Positions 9,830 through 20,974 of a stretch of DNA of 64,000 bases are shown here, piece by piece; within the stretch, counting starts at the first letter, position 1; every line of letters starts with the position of its first letter. This stretch comes from Malacoraja senta (lineage: Eukaryota): the NCBI GenBank assembly GCA_038087875.1, contig JAXLNO010002638.1, forward strand, positions 1-64,000. Reading direction: 5' to 3'. The notes under the pieces are model-generated. The model did no database searches and was not told where the DNA came from. It was given only the letters and a program-made list of their open reading frames with translations. Both the position numbers and the translations under genes were made by a program.

Positions 9830-12276
9830 CGCATTTTCAAAGCAACCGCACTTGCCTTTGCATTTTCAAAACAACCGCACTTGCCTTTGCATTTTCAAAG
9901 CAACTGCACTTGCCTTTGCATTTTCAAAGTAAACCACCTTTCGCATTTTCAAAGCAAACCACCTTTTGCATTTTCAAAGCAAATCTTTTTGCACTTTCAA
10001 AGCTAACCACCTTTTGCACTTTCAAAGCAAACCACCTTTTGCATTTTCAAAGCAAACCAACTTTTGCATTTTCAAAGCAAACTACCTTTTGCATGTTCAA
10101 AGCAAACCACCTTTTGCATTTTCAAAGCAAACCACCTTTTGAATTTTCAAAGCAAACCACCTTTTGCATTTTCAAAGCAAACCACCTTTTGCAATTTCAA
10201 AGCAAACCACCATTGGCATTTTCAAAGCAAACCACCTTTTGCATTTTCAAAGCAAACCATCTATTGCATTTTCAAAGCAAATCTTTTTGCACTTTCAAAG
10301 CTAACCACCTTTTGCACTTTCAAAGCAAACCACCTTTTGCATTTTCAAAGCAAACCAACTTTTGCATTTTCAAAGCAAACTACCTTTTGCATGTTCAAAG
10401 CAAACCACCTTTTGCATTTTCAAAGCAAACCACCTTTTGAATTTTCAAAGCAAACCACCTTTTGCATTTTCAAAGCAAACCACCTTTTGCAATTTCAAAG
10501 CAAACCACCATTGGCATTTTCAAAGCAAACCACCTTTTGCATTTTCAAAGCAAAACATTTTTCGCATTTTCAAAGCAAACCACTTTTTGCAATTTCAAAC
10601 TAATCCTTTTTGTATTTTCAAACCAAACTTTTTTCATTTTCAAACCAAACCACCATTTGCATTTTCAAACCAAACCAGCATTTGCATTTTTAAACCAAAC
10701 CACCATTTGCATTTTCAAACCAAACCAGCATTTGCATTTTCAAAGCAAACCACTTTTTGCAATTTCAAACTAATCCTTTTTGTATTTTCAAACCAAACTT
10801 TTTGCATTTTCAAACCAAACCACCATTTGCATTTTCAAACCAAACCAGCATTTGCATTTTTAAACCAAACCACCATTTGCATTTTCAAACCAAACCAGCA
10901 TTTGCATTTTCAAACCAAACCACCATTTGCTTTTTCAAACCAAACCTTCATTTGCACTTTCAAAGCAAACCTTTTGCATTTTCAATGCAACCCTTTTGCA
11001 TTTTCAAACCAAACCATCATTTGCATTTTCAAACCAAACCACCATTTGCATTTTCAAACCGAACCTCATTTTGCATTTTCAAACCGAACCCCCTTTTGCA
11101 TTTTCAAACCGAACCTCCTTTTACATTTTCAAAGGAAACATTTTGCATTTTCAAAGTAAACCTTTTGCATTTTTAAGCAAACATTTGCATTTTTAAAACA
11201 AACCATTAGCATTTTCAAAGCAAACATTTTGCATTTTCAAAGCACCTTTTGCATTTTCAAAGCAAAGCACCTTTTGCATTTTCAAACCAAACCACCTTTT
11301 GCACTTTCAAAGCAAACCGCCATTTCCATTTTCAAAGCAAACTGCCTTTTGCATTTTCAAAGCAAACCGCCTTTTGCATTTTCAAAGCAAACCACTTTTT
11401 GTATTTTCAAAGCAAACCACATTTTGCATTTTCAAAGCAAACAACATTTTGCATTTTCAAAACAAACCACCTTTTGCATTTTGCAAAGCAAACCACCTTT
11501 TGCATTTTCAAAGCAAACCTTTTGCATTTTCAAATCCATCCTTTTGCATTTTCAAAGCAAACCTTTTGTATTTTCAAAGCAAACCTTTTGCATTATCAAA
11601 GCAAAACATCATTTGCATTTTCAAAGCAAACCACCTTTAGCATTTTTAAAGCAAACCACCGTTTGCATTTTCGAAGCAAACAGCCATTTGCCTTTTCGAA
11701 GCAAACCGCCATTTGCAATTTCGAAGCAAACCATCTTTTGCATTTGCCAAGCAAACTACCTTTTGCATTTTCAAAGCAAACCACCTTTTGCATTTTCAAA
11801 GCAAAACTTTTTTCGCATTTTCAAAGCAAACCAACTTTTGCATTTTCAACCCAATCCTTTTGCATTTTCAAACCAAACCTTTAGCATTTTCGAACCAATC
11901 CACCATTTGCATTTTCAAACCAAATCAGCATTTGCATTTTCAAACCAAACCATTATTTGCATTTTCAAACCAAACCATCATTTCCATTTTCAAACCAAAC
12001 CACCATTTACATTTTCAAACCAAACCACCATTTGCATTTTTAAACCAAAGCACCATTTGCATTTTCAAACCAAACCACTGAACCCCCTTTTTCATTTTCA
12101 AACGGTACCACCTTTTGCATTTTCATGATACTTTTTACATTTTTGAAACAAACCTTTTGCATTTTCAAAGCAAATCTTTGCATTTTCAAAGCAAATCTTT
12201 GTATTTTCAAAGCAAACCACCTTTAGCATTTTTAAAGCAAACCACCTTTTGCATTTTCAAAGCAAACCGCCATTTG
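9830..12276. repeat. About 25-bp AT-rich satellite (gcaaaccaccttttgcattttcaaa) with higher-order blocks
   Basis: Roughly 100 diverged monomers; variant blocks repeat at 298-bp and 170-bp periods. Confidence 0.95.
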
Positions 12277-12547
12277 NNNNNNNNNNNNNNNNNNNNNNNN
12301 NNNNNNNNNNNNNNNNNNNNNNNNNNNNNNNNNNNNNNNNNNNNNNNNNNNNNNNNNNNNNNNNNNNNNNNNNNNNNNNNNNNNNNNNNNNNNNNNNNNN
12401 NNNNNNNNNNNNNNNNNNNNNNNNNNNNNNNNNNNNNNNNNNNNNNNNNNNNNNNNNNNNNNNNNNNNNNNNNNNNNNNNNNNNNNNNNNNNNNNNNNNN
12501 NNNNNNNNNNNNNNNNNNNNNNNNNNNNNNNNNNNNNNNNNNNNNNN

Positions 12548-13147
12548 GTATTGAGTCTAGAAGTTGGGAGGTCACGTTGCAGTTGTACGAGACGTTGGTG
12601 AGGTTGCGTTTAGAGTATTGCGTTCAGTTCTGAGCACCGTGTTACAGGAAAGATGTCATTGAGTTTGGAAAGGGCGCGGAGAAGATTTACTAGGATGTTG
12701 CCGGGGTTCAAGTGGCCTGAGCTACAGGGAGAGGTTGGGGCAGGCTGGGACTCTATTCCTTGCAGCGCAGGAGGATGAGGGGTGATCTTATAGATGTGTA
12801 CAAAATCACCAGAGGAATAGATCGGGTAGACGCACAGAGTCTCTTGCCCAGAGTAGGGGAATCGAGGATCAGAGGACACGGGTTTAAGGTGAGAGAGGCG
12901 GGGGTGGGGAAATTTGAATAGGAATCTGAGGGGCAACTTTTCCACACAGAGGGTGGTGGGTGTTTGGAACGAGCTGCCGGAGGACGCAGTTGAGGCTGGG
13001 ACTATAACAACACTTGGACAGGTACATGGATAGGACAGGTTTGGAGGGATATGGGCCAAACGCGGGCAGCATGTGGGACTAGTGTAGATGGGGCATGTTG
13101 GCCGGTGTGGGCAAGTTGGGCCAAAGGGCCTGTTTCCACACTATTAC
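12548..13147 (+). mobile_element. CR1-clade LINE 3' end
   Basis: IESRSWEVTLQLYETLVRLRLEYCVQF...RRMRGDL...NFSTQRVVGVWNELP, followed by a CR1 3' UTR. Confidence 0.9.
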
Positions 13148-13560
13148 NNNNNNNNNNNNNNNNNNNNNNNNNNNNNNNNNNNNNNNNNNNNNNNNNNNNN
13201 NNNNNNNNNNNNNNNNNNNNNNNNNNNNNNNNNNNNNNNNNNNNNNNNNNNNNNNNNNNNNNNNNNNNNNNNNNNNNNNNNNNNNNNNNNNNNNNNNNNC
13301 GAACGTAGACCCGATTCAGACAATGCCAACTGCGGGCTGGCAGGGGGGGAATGGGCTGAAGGGCCTGTTTTGGCCGGTCTGGGCTCCCCACATCCACGCC
13401 GTTGTCACGCAAGGTCGGCTTGGTGAGTTTGGGGGAGGGGTTTGGGGAAATGGTTTGGAAATGAGACAGAAATCTGCCTGAAGGGCAATATTAAGTGTGA
13501 ATATAGTGTGAGTTATAAAATCCGGGGATCGGCCTGCAACCACCTGTACATGTTCCCCCT

Positions 13561-14558
13561 GCTGCATTAAAGGGAATGCATGCATCACTGGCTGCATTAA
13601 AGGGAATGCATGCATCACTTGCTGCATTAAAGGGAATGCATGCATCACTGGCTGCATTAAAGGGAATGCATGCATCACTGGCTGCATAAAAGGGAATGCA
13701 TGCATCACTGGCTGCATTAAAGTGAATGCATGCATCACTGGCTGCATTAAAGGGAATGCATGCATCACTGGCTGCATTAAAGTGAATGCATGCATCACTG
13801 GCTGCATTAAAGGGAATGAATGCATCACTGGCTGCATTAAAGTGGATGCATGCATCACTGGCTGCATTAAAGGGAATGCATGCATCACTGGCTGCATTAA
13901 AGTGAATGCATGCATCACTGGCTGCATTAAAGGGAATGCATGCATCACTAGCTGCATCAAAGTGGATGCATGCATCACTGGCTGCATTAAAGGGAATGCA
14001 TGCATCAGTGGCTGCATTAAAGGGAAAGCATGCATCACTGGCTGCATAAAAGGGAATGCATGCATCACTGGCTGCATTAAAGTGAATGCATGCATCACTG
14101 GCTGCATTAAAGGGAATGCATGCATCACTGGCTGCATTAAAGTGAATGCATGCATCACTGGCTGCATTAAAGGGAATGAATGCATCACTGGCTGCATTAA
14201 AGTGGATGCATGCATCACTGGCTGCATTAAAGTGAATGCATGCATCACTGGCTGCATTAAAGTGAATGCATGCATCACTGGCTGCATTAAAGGGAATGCA
14301 TGCATCACTGGCTGCATCAAAGTGGATGCATGCATCACTGGCTGCATTAAAGGGACTGCATGCATCACTGGCTGCATTAAAGGGAATGCATGCATCACTG
14401 GCTGCATTAAAGGGAATGCATGCGTCACTGGCGGCATTAAAGGGAATGCATGCATCACTGTCTGCATTAAAGGGAATGCATGCATCACTGGCCGCATTAA
14501 ATGGAATGCATGCATCACTGGCTGCATTAAAGGGAATGCATGCATCACTGGCTGCATT
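13561..14558. repeat. 30-bp minisatellite (gctgcattaaagggaatgcatgcatcactg), 33 copies
   Basis: Highly homogeneous units in exact 30-bp phase. Confidence 0.97.
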
Positions 14559-14590
14559 GCTGCCTCCCGCTGCATGACAGCGCTTTTATC

Positions 14591-14780
14591 CTTACCTGCT
14601 CTTCACAGCTGGATTCCCGCACCACTTCCGGTCGGGTGGCGAACCTCTCATCCACAAAGGCGCTTCCGGGGAAAGGGGGGACGCTTTAGGGCGGCGCACC
14701 GGCGCTGGCAAAGTGGGACGGCGGGTCTCAGGCGTCCGGGTGGAGGGCGAAACGCCGCAGTTTTGGTTCCGGGTGTTTTG
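14591..14780 (-). promoter_or_regulatory. Putative CpG-rich ETS-type promoter with a short first exon and splice donor
   Basis: CCGGAAGT at 14631-14624 plus two more CCGGAA motifs, followed by CAG|GTAAG (exon end 14596). Confidence 0.4.
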
Positions 14781-14802
14781 TTGTTTTTTGGGACATTGAG
14801 GG

Positions 14803-15506
14803 TGGAATGGAGAGAACAAAGGAGGGGGGATGAAGGAATGGAGAGAACAAAGGAGGGGGGGGGATGAAGGGATGGAGAGAACAAAGGAAGGGGGGGGATG
14901 AAGGGATGGAGAGAACAAAGGAGGGGGGGATGAAGGGATGGAGAGAACAAAGGAGGGGGGGATGAAGGGATGGAGAAAACAAAGGAGGGGGGGATGAAGG
15001 GATGGAGAGAACAAAGGAGGGGGGGGGGTGAAGGGATGGAGAGAACAAAGGAGTGGGGATGAAGGGATGTAGAGAACAAAGGAGGGGGGATGAAGGGATG
15101 GAGAGAACAAAGGAGGGGGGATGAAGGGATGGCGAGAACAAAGGAGGGGGGGATGAAGGGATGGAGAGAACAAAGGAGGGGGGGTGAAGGGATGGAGAGA
15201 ACAAAGGAGGGGGGATGAAGGGATGGAGAGAACAAAGGAGGGGGGATGAAGGGATGGAGAGAACAAAGGAGGGGGGATGAAGGGATGGAGAGAACAAAGG
15301 AGGGGGGGATGAAGGGATGGAGAGAACAAAGGAGGGGGGATGAAGGGATGGAGAGAACAAAGGAGGGGGGATGAAGGGATGGAGAGAACAAAGGAGGGGG
15401 GATGAAGGGATGGAGAGAACAAAGGAGGGGGGGATGAAGGGATGGAGAGAACAAAGGAGGGGGGGTGAAGGGATGGAGAGAACAAAGGAGGGGGGGGGGG
15501 TGAAGG
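14803..15506. repeat. 31-34-bp purine-rich minisatellite (ggagagaacaaaggagggggggatgaagggat)
   Basis: About 21-22 copies with variable G-run length; cut mid-unit by the ERV LTR. Confidence 0.95.
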
Positions 15507-16034
15507 TGTGAGGAAGGGGTTAATAGGTATAAGTTGATTTAGACAAGAACCCATTGTCTTGTAGGGAGTATAGTAGGGAGTATTGTAGGGAGGATAGGGG
15601 GAGTGAAGAACGAGTACAGATGGTGACTTTTTCAAGGATGAGAACAGAGAAGATAAGGAGACCGTTCATTCTGGAATTAGGGTAAGGGTCATGAAAAACT
15701 CTCTATGCGCTTGCGTAATGAGATAAATGAATATTGCAAACACGCCCATCATGACAAGATGTCTCATTTAAATGTACATGCGATGTATGATCTGGGAGGC
15801 ACCAGGGGCGGTACCTGTAGAGTGTGCACCTCAGTGCTCTGATTTGAAAAGAGCCCGAAGGGGAGGAGTAAATGCAACAAATGTAAAATGATGTGAATAA
15901 GAGAGAGATGAATTCCATCTCTCGGTGTGTCTTGACAGGGGAGACACCCAACTCTGCAGACTTGCTAATAAATAAACTTGTTTCTCTACATTCTCTAAGC
16001 ATCATGAGAGTTCTTTCACTATTTGCGGCTGACA
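15507..16034 (+). mobile_element. ERV 5' LTR (LTR-A)
   Basis: TG...CA ends, AATAAA near 15970, immediately followed by the PBS. Confidence 0.9.
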
Positions 16035-16037
16035 GCC

Positions 16038-16055
16038 TGGGGGCTCGTCCGGGAT
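16038..16055 (+). promoter_or_regulatory. Primer-binding site, tRNA-Pro
   Basis: TGGGGGCTCGTCCGGGAT, the 18-nt tRNA-Pro PBS as used by MLV. Confidence 0.92.
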
Positions 16056-16364
16056 CGCCACTCCGGCCAGCTGGCGACAGTATACTGGAGAATGGACGGT
16101 GCACCCCGCTGATTGAGCGGTCCTGAAACTTGTTGCTTGTCGTCAGCGGTTTGAGCGAGTGATATCCAGGACCAGAGATTAGAGAAACAAGTGGGAGTAG
16201 TTGGAAATCGCGAAGGAGCCAAATCGAGTGATTCTTGTGCACAAGACCCGGGTAAGAAAACTGACTATTATGTACTACTCGGGCGATTAAATAGATCGGG
16301 GGCAAATAGATCGGGGGGAAATTCTGTTCGGGAGGAAGATCGGGGGGAAATTCCGATCGGGAGG

Positions 16365-18615
16365 ATGGGCAATGAAAACGGAAAGCCCAAAATGGAGGGG
16401 AAGGGTTAAAGCCCGACCCCCGCATTCTGCCTGATAGTCCGTTGGGTGGCGAATGCTGAGCCTCTGGGGGCAGAGAAATACCCAGGGATTGGAGAAGACA
16501 AAAATGATTCGATTCTGTTATTTTGAGTGGCCAAAACACCCGATCAAAGGAGACTCGGTCTGGTGGCCGAAGAATGGGTCAGATGATGATTGGGTGCGAC
16601 AGGCATTGAATGTATATGTGAATAATAAATCTAACCTGTTGATAGAAGAAACCACGTATGCCGCGGTATGGGAGACGGGATGTAATCTGTTAAAATTAAA
16701 AGAAGAGGCTGAACAGTCAAGCCCCTCTTCACCTCCATGGGATATACTGGAGAACCTACCTACTCCCTATGTACACCCACCACCCGGAGTAGCGCCACCG
16801 ATCCCACCCCCGCCTCCACTTGCGGCGGCGGTGGAAGAGGTGACACCCGGACCCGCTCAGGTGGTAAGGAGAAAGGTCAGGGTAAAACAAGAACCTAATA
16901 ACAATGTTACTGACGGTGATGACACCGACAGTGAACCACCGGACCCCAGGAGTGAGGACGAGAAGGAGATAGAAAGACAGGAGGCGGCTGGAGTAGATGA
17001 ATTAAATCCCCCGCCACTGAGAGAGGGAGTCAGGAGGTCGGACAGAGTAAAAAAAATACCGATAAAAATTAGACCCTTAAGGGAGGTACCCATGGGAGGA
17101 CCCCACGGGTGAATGGGATTTGTTAATGTCCCCTTAAACAGTCCCGAGGTAAGGAACTTCAAGGAGGAGATGAATAGCCTCCTTGAAGATCCTTTAGGTC
17201 TGGCGGAACAGATAAATCAATTCCATGGGCCAAACACTTTCACATGGGAGGAGTTAATGGCCATTATGCGGAATCTCTTCACATCCGAAGAGAGGCAAAT
17301 GATTAGGGCAGCGGCAATGAAAAAGTGGGAACAGGATGTGAGGAAGGGGTTAATAGGTATAAGTTGATTTAGACAAGAACCCTTTGTATAGTAGGGAGTA
17401 CAGTAGGGAGGATAGGGGGAGTGAAGAACGAGTATAGATGGTGACTTTTTCAAGGATGAGAACAGAGAAGATAGCAACAGCCCAGCAAAGAACTAGGGTA
17501 AGAGTCAGGAGAAACACTCTGTGCACATGGGCAATGAACTTACATGAATATGTACACACACCCACTATGACAAGATGTCTCATTTAAATGCACATGCGAT
17601 GCATGATATGGGAGGTGTCTTTGACGTCGGGTGGACGTTCCAGGACGTTCTCGTGGGAATGTGGGCTTTATGTTATGATTGGAAGAAGCACAATGGGGAG
17701 GGATGAGGGTGTGACAATGATACCCATGAAATGTATAAAGATAGAAGACATCCCGATCCTCGGTGTGCCTCTAGGGGACATCAGAGGAGAGGCACCTATT
17801 CTGCAGAATATGATTTAAATAAAAAGCTTCTTTGCCGACTTTGTCTCTAAAAGCGTTTGTGATTTTTGAAACTCACACAGGAGAACCCGCCAGGGCAGCA
17901 AAATGCGGCGGCGGCAGATAAATTCCCAGTACAAGACCCAGATTGGGACAAGGGAACAGCAGCAGGACGAGCGAATATGAGGGACCTGCGGGATATAATT
18001 CTAAAAGGGATAAGAGAGGCAGTACCCAAAGGACAGAATTTTGAACGAGCATTTGAGAATGGACAGCAAAAAGATGAGGCCCCGACAGCGTTCCTTCAAA
18101 GACTCAGGAATAACATGCAACAGTATTCCGGAATAGATCCGGACTCAGAGGCAGGACAACAACTGCTCAGGGCCAATTTCGTGATCAAATCCTGGCCTGA
18201 TGTAAGGAAGAAGTTAGAAAAGATGGATGATTGGAATGGGAAACTACTGTCTCAGTTACTTACGGAGGCCCAGAAAGTGTACGTGCGAAGGGATGAGGAA
18301 AAACAGAAGGGAAAGGCAAAGATTATGTTGCAGGCAGTAAAGCAAGTAGTAGACAAGGACAAGGGAGGTACAGGATGGCGAGGGAGTTACTCCCGAGGCA
18401 GCGGAAGAGGACGCGGCAGAGGCCGTGGAAGAGGGGGATATGAAGAAGGATATGGAGAAGGATTCGGCAGGGGCCGGGGAAACACGAGTACGGGACAAGG
18501 TTGGAAGACAGGACCTTCAATATGTTATTTTTGTAATAAGGAAGGACACTTCAAAAGGGAGTGCCCTGAGCGTGTAGCGGAGTCCCGTACGTACAGTATG
18601 ATGTAGAATGAATAG
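16365..18615 (+). pseudogene. gag: ERV gag (frameshifts, stops, solo-LTR insertion)
   Basis: MGNENGK start; Pro-rich p12-like region with PPPY-like PTPY; capsid-like PLREVPMGG..LLEDP; CCHC knuckle CYFCNKEGHFKREC; amber stop at 18613-18615. Confidence 0.9.
17337..17877 (+). mobile_element. Solo LTR (LTR-B) inserted in gag
   Basis: TGTGAG...CTCACA ends; perfect 5-bp TSD CAGGA (17332-17336, 17878-17882). Removing it restores gag KWEQENPPGQ. Confidence 0.95.
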
Positions 18616-20974
18616 GGGGGTCAGGGGTTCCCGTCCCTGGGGTCGGGGGACTATAGAAGGGAACCCTTGGTAAATTTAAAAATAGGACCCCAGGGAGAAG
18701 ATACGGTGTTCATGGTAGATTCAGGAGCGGAGCGATCAAGTGTAACGAAAGTAACAATAGGTATGAAGGCAGGACAAGGAAGAATTAAAATTACTGGAGT
18801 AGGGGGGACTGTAATGGTAGCTCCCGAGATAGGAGGCGTGAATGTAAGGTATGGACACCGGGAGGCAGTAGAGGACTTAATCTTAGTACCTCGGGCTGGT
18901 ATAAATTTAATGGGCAGAGATTTACAAATACAATTGGGGATAGGCACAGCACCGGTAGAGGGAAGGACAGTGGTCCAGTTGTATACTCTAAGAGAGGCGG
19001 ATGAGCAAAGAATTAATGACCAAGTATGGGCCAAGGAAGGAAACAGAGGAGGTTTGCAAATACCCCCTCTACAGATAGTATTAAAAGACGGTGCCGACAT
19101 AGTACGAGTAAGACAATACCCCATTTCGACCGAGGGACGGAAAGGCTTACAACCAATCATTGAGAATTTATTGAAGGACGGGGTATTGGAACCATGTATG
19201 TCCCCCTACAATACTCCGATCCTACCAGTCAGAAAAACCGACGGGACGTTTAGACTCGTACAGGATTTGAGGGAACTAAACAAGGTGGTCCAAGCCCGAC
19301 ACCCGGTAGTACCTAACCCTTACACCATCATGGGACGGATACCCCCAAGCCACAAATGGTTTAGTGTGGTAGATTTAAAAGACGCCTTCTGGAGCTGTCT
19401 GCTGGCAACAGAGAGCAGAGACTTATTCGCCCTTGAGTGGGAAAACCTAAATACCGGGCGAAAGCAACAATTCCGGTGGGCGGTGCTCCCTCAAGGTTTT
19501 ACAGAATCACCAAATTTATTCGGCCAAATTTTAGAGCAGGTACTGGAGGATTTCCCAGGTCATGGGGAAACGCGATTATTACAGTATGTGGATGACCTCC
19601 TTTTGTCAGGAGAGAAGGGGAACTAAGGGAAGCCACGATAAGCCTGTTAAACTTCTTGGGGAGGAAGGTTAAGAGTGTCCCGTAACAAGCTTCAATTTGT
19701 GAAACAAGAGGTAAAATATCTGGGACATCTGATAAGTGGTGGAAAGAGACGAATTAACGCCGAAAGGATAGTTGGGATCACGGGAGTACCACTACCAAAG
19801 AATAAGAATGAGATCCGAAAATTCCTGGGATTGATAGGATCCTGTCGACTGAGGATAGATGATTACTCCAGACAAGTGAAATTCCTGTATGCTAAATTGG
19901 GAGAAGAGAAAGACAACGTTCAGTGGACCCCAGAATAGGAGGTGGAATTTGGGAAATTAAAGAACAGCCTGATTACTGCCCCCGTGTTGGCTCTGCCCTC
20001 AGTAGGACAACCTTTCCACCTGTTTGTAAATTCAGACAAGGGGGTGGCACTAGGGGTACTCACCCAGAAGAGAGGGGGAATTCGACAGCCAGTGGCCTTC
20101 CTCTCAAAAATGTTAGATCCAGTCTCCAGGGGATGGCCGGGATGCATACAAGCGGTAGCAGCTACCGCAATATTGGTGGAAGAAAGTAGGAAATTAACCT
20201 TTGGAGGTGCACTGGTTGTTTCTACGCCACACACAGTAAGAACCATACTCACTCAGAAATCCAACAGATGGTTAACAGACTCCAGACTTTTAAAGTATGA
20301 GGCCATCCTGATGGAAAAAGACGATTTGACAATAATTACAGATAAGAACCGTAACCCGTCCCAATTCCTGTATCCACCAGAGAAACAGGGCGACGAGGAA
20401 GAGGACCCAGTACAATGCTGTAGTGAAATAATACATTTACAGACAAAAAGTAGAGAAGACTTAGAAGAGCAACCTCTGGCTGAGGGCAGCCGGTGGTTTA
20501 TAGATGGATCCTCCAGGTGCATAGATGGAAAAAGACATAGGGATATCACCATATGAAATGTTATTCGGGCTCCCATACTTAGGGAAGATAGAAGGAGCCC
20601 CAACAATGCAAGGGAACGATGTGTTCCTGAGGAACTATTTACTGGCAGTGTCCCAATCTCTTGCAGAACTAAAAATTAAAGGATTGCTGGCCCAGAGCCC
20701 ACCACTGGACTTCCCGATACACTCAGTCAAGGCTGGAGACTGGGTATTAATAAAAACGTGGAAAGAAGAAAAGCTGCAACCTAAGTGGACTGGAACCTAC
20801 CTGGTGTTACTAATCACCGAGACGGCAGTACGAACAAAAGAGAAAGGGTGGACACACGCAAGTCGACTTAAGGGTCCTGTGGAGGCCCCACCAGACAATA
20901 TCAGCCCGTGGACTGTGCGCAAAGGAGAGGAACCATTGACTTTAATATTTACCAAGAACCGGCGGGAAAAATGA
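18616..20974 (+). pseudogene. pol: ERV pro-pol (protease, RT, partial RNase H, integrase C-terminus)
   Basis: FMVDSGAERS protease; LVQDLRELN, DLKDAF, LPQGF, YVDD RT motifs; WFIDGSS RNase H start fused to integrase ISPYEMLFG..WKEEKLQPKWTG. Frameshifts and an internal deletion. Confidence 0.93.

Larger units (their letters stand above)
7295..12276 (+). mobile_element. Possible non-autonomous Helentron/DINE-like element carrying internal satellites
   Basis: Starts ACTAG followed by the hairpin GGGACCC-GTT-GGGTCCC (7307-7323), with internal tandem repeats. The 3' end is lost in a gap, so extent and class are inferred. Confidence 0.3.

Noticed and set aside
9784-12128. Many overlapping 100-300 aa ORFs rich in F/Q/S/K/H
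   Set aside because: They are translations of the stop-poor 25-bp satellite, open in several frames at once.
13316-14867. 419-aa (MQPVMHAFPL)n and 381-aa (CITGCIKGNA)n ORFs
   Set aside because: A 30-bp unit without stops opens frames on both strands; there is no independent coding signal.
14592-15635. Pro/Ser/Leu-rich ORFs of 210-347 aa
   Set aside because: Reverse-strand translation of the purine-rich minisatellite.
18651-19160. 169-aa antisense ORF in ERV pol
   Set aside because: No motifs; expected by chance opposite a coding frame.
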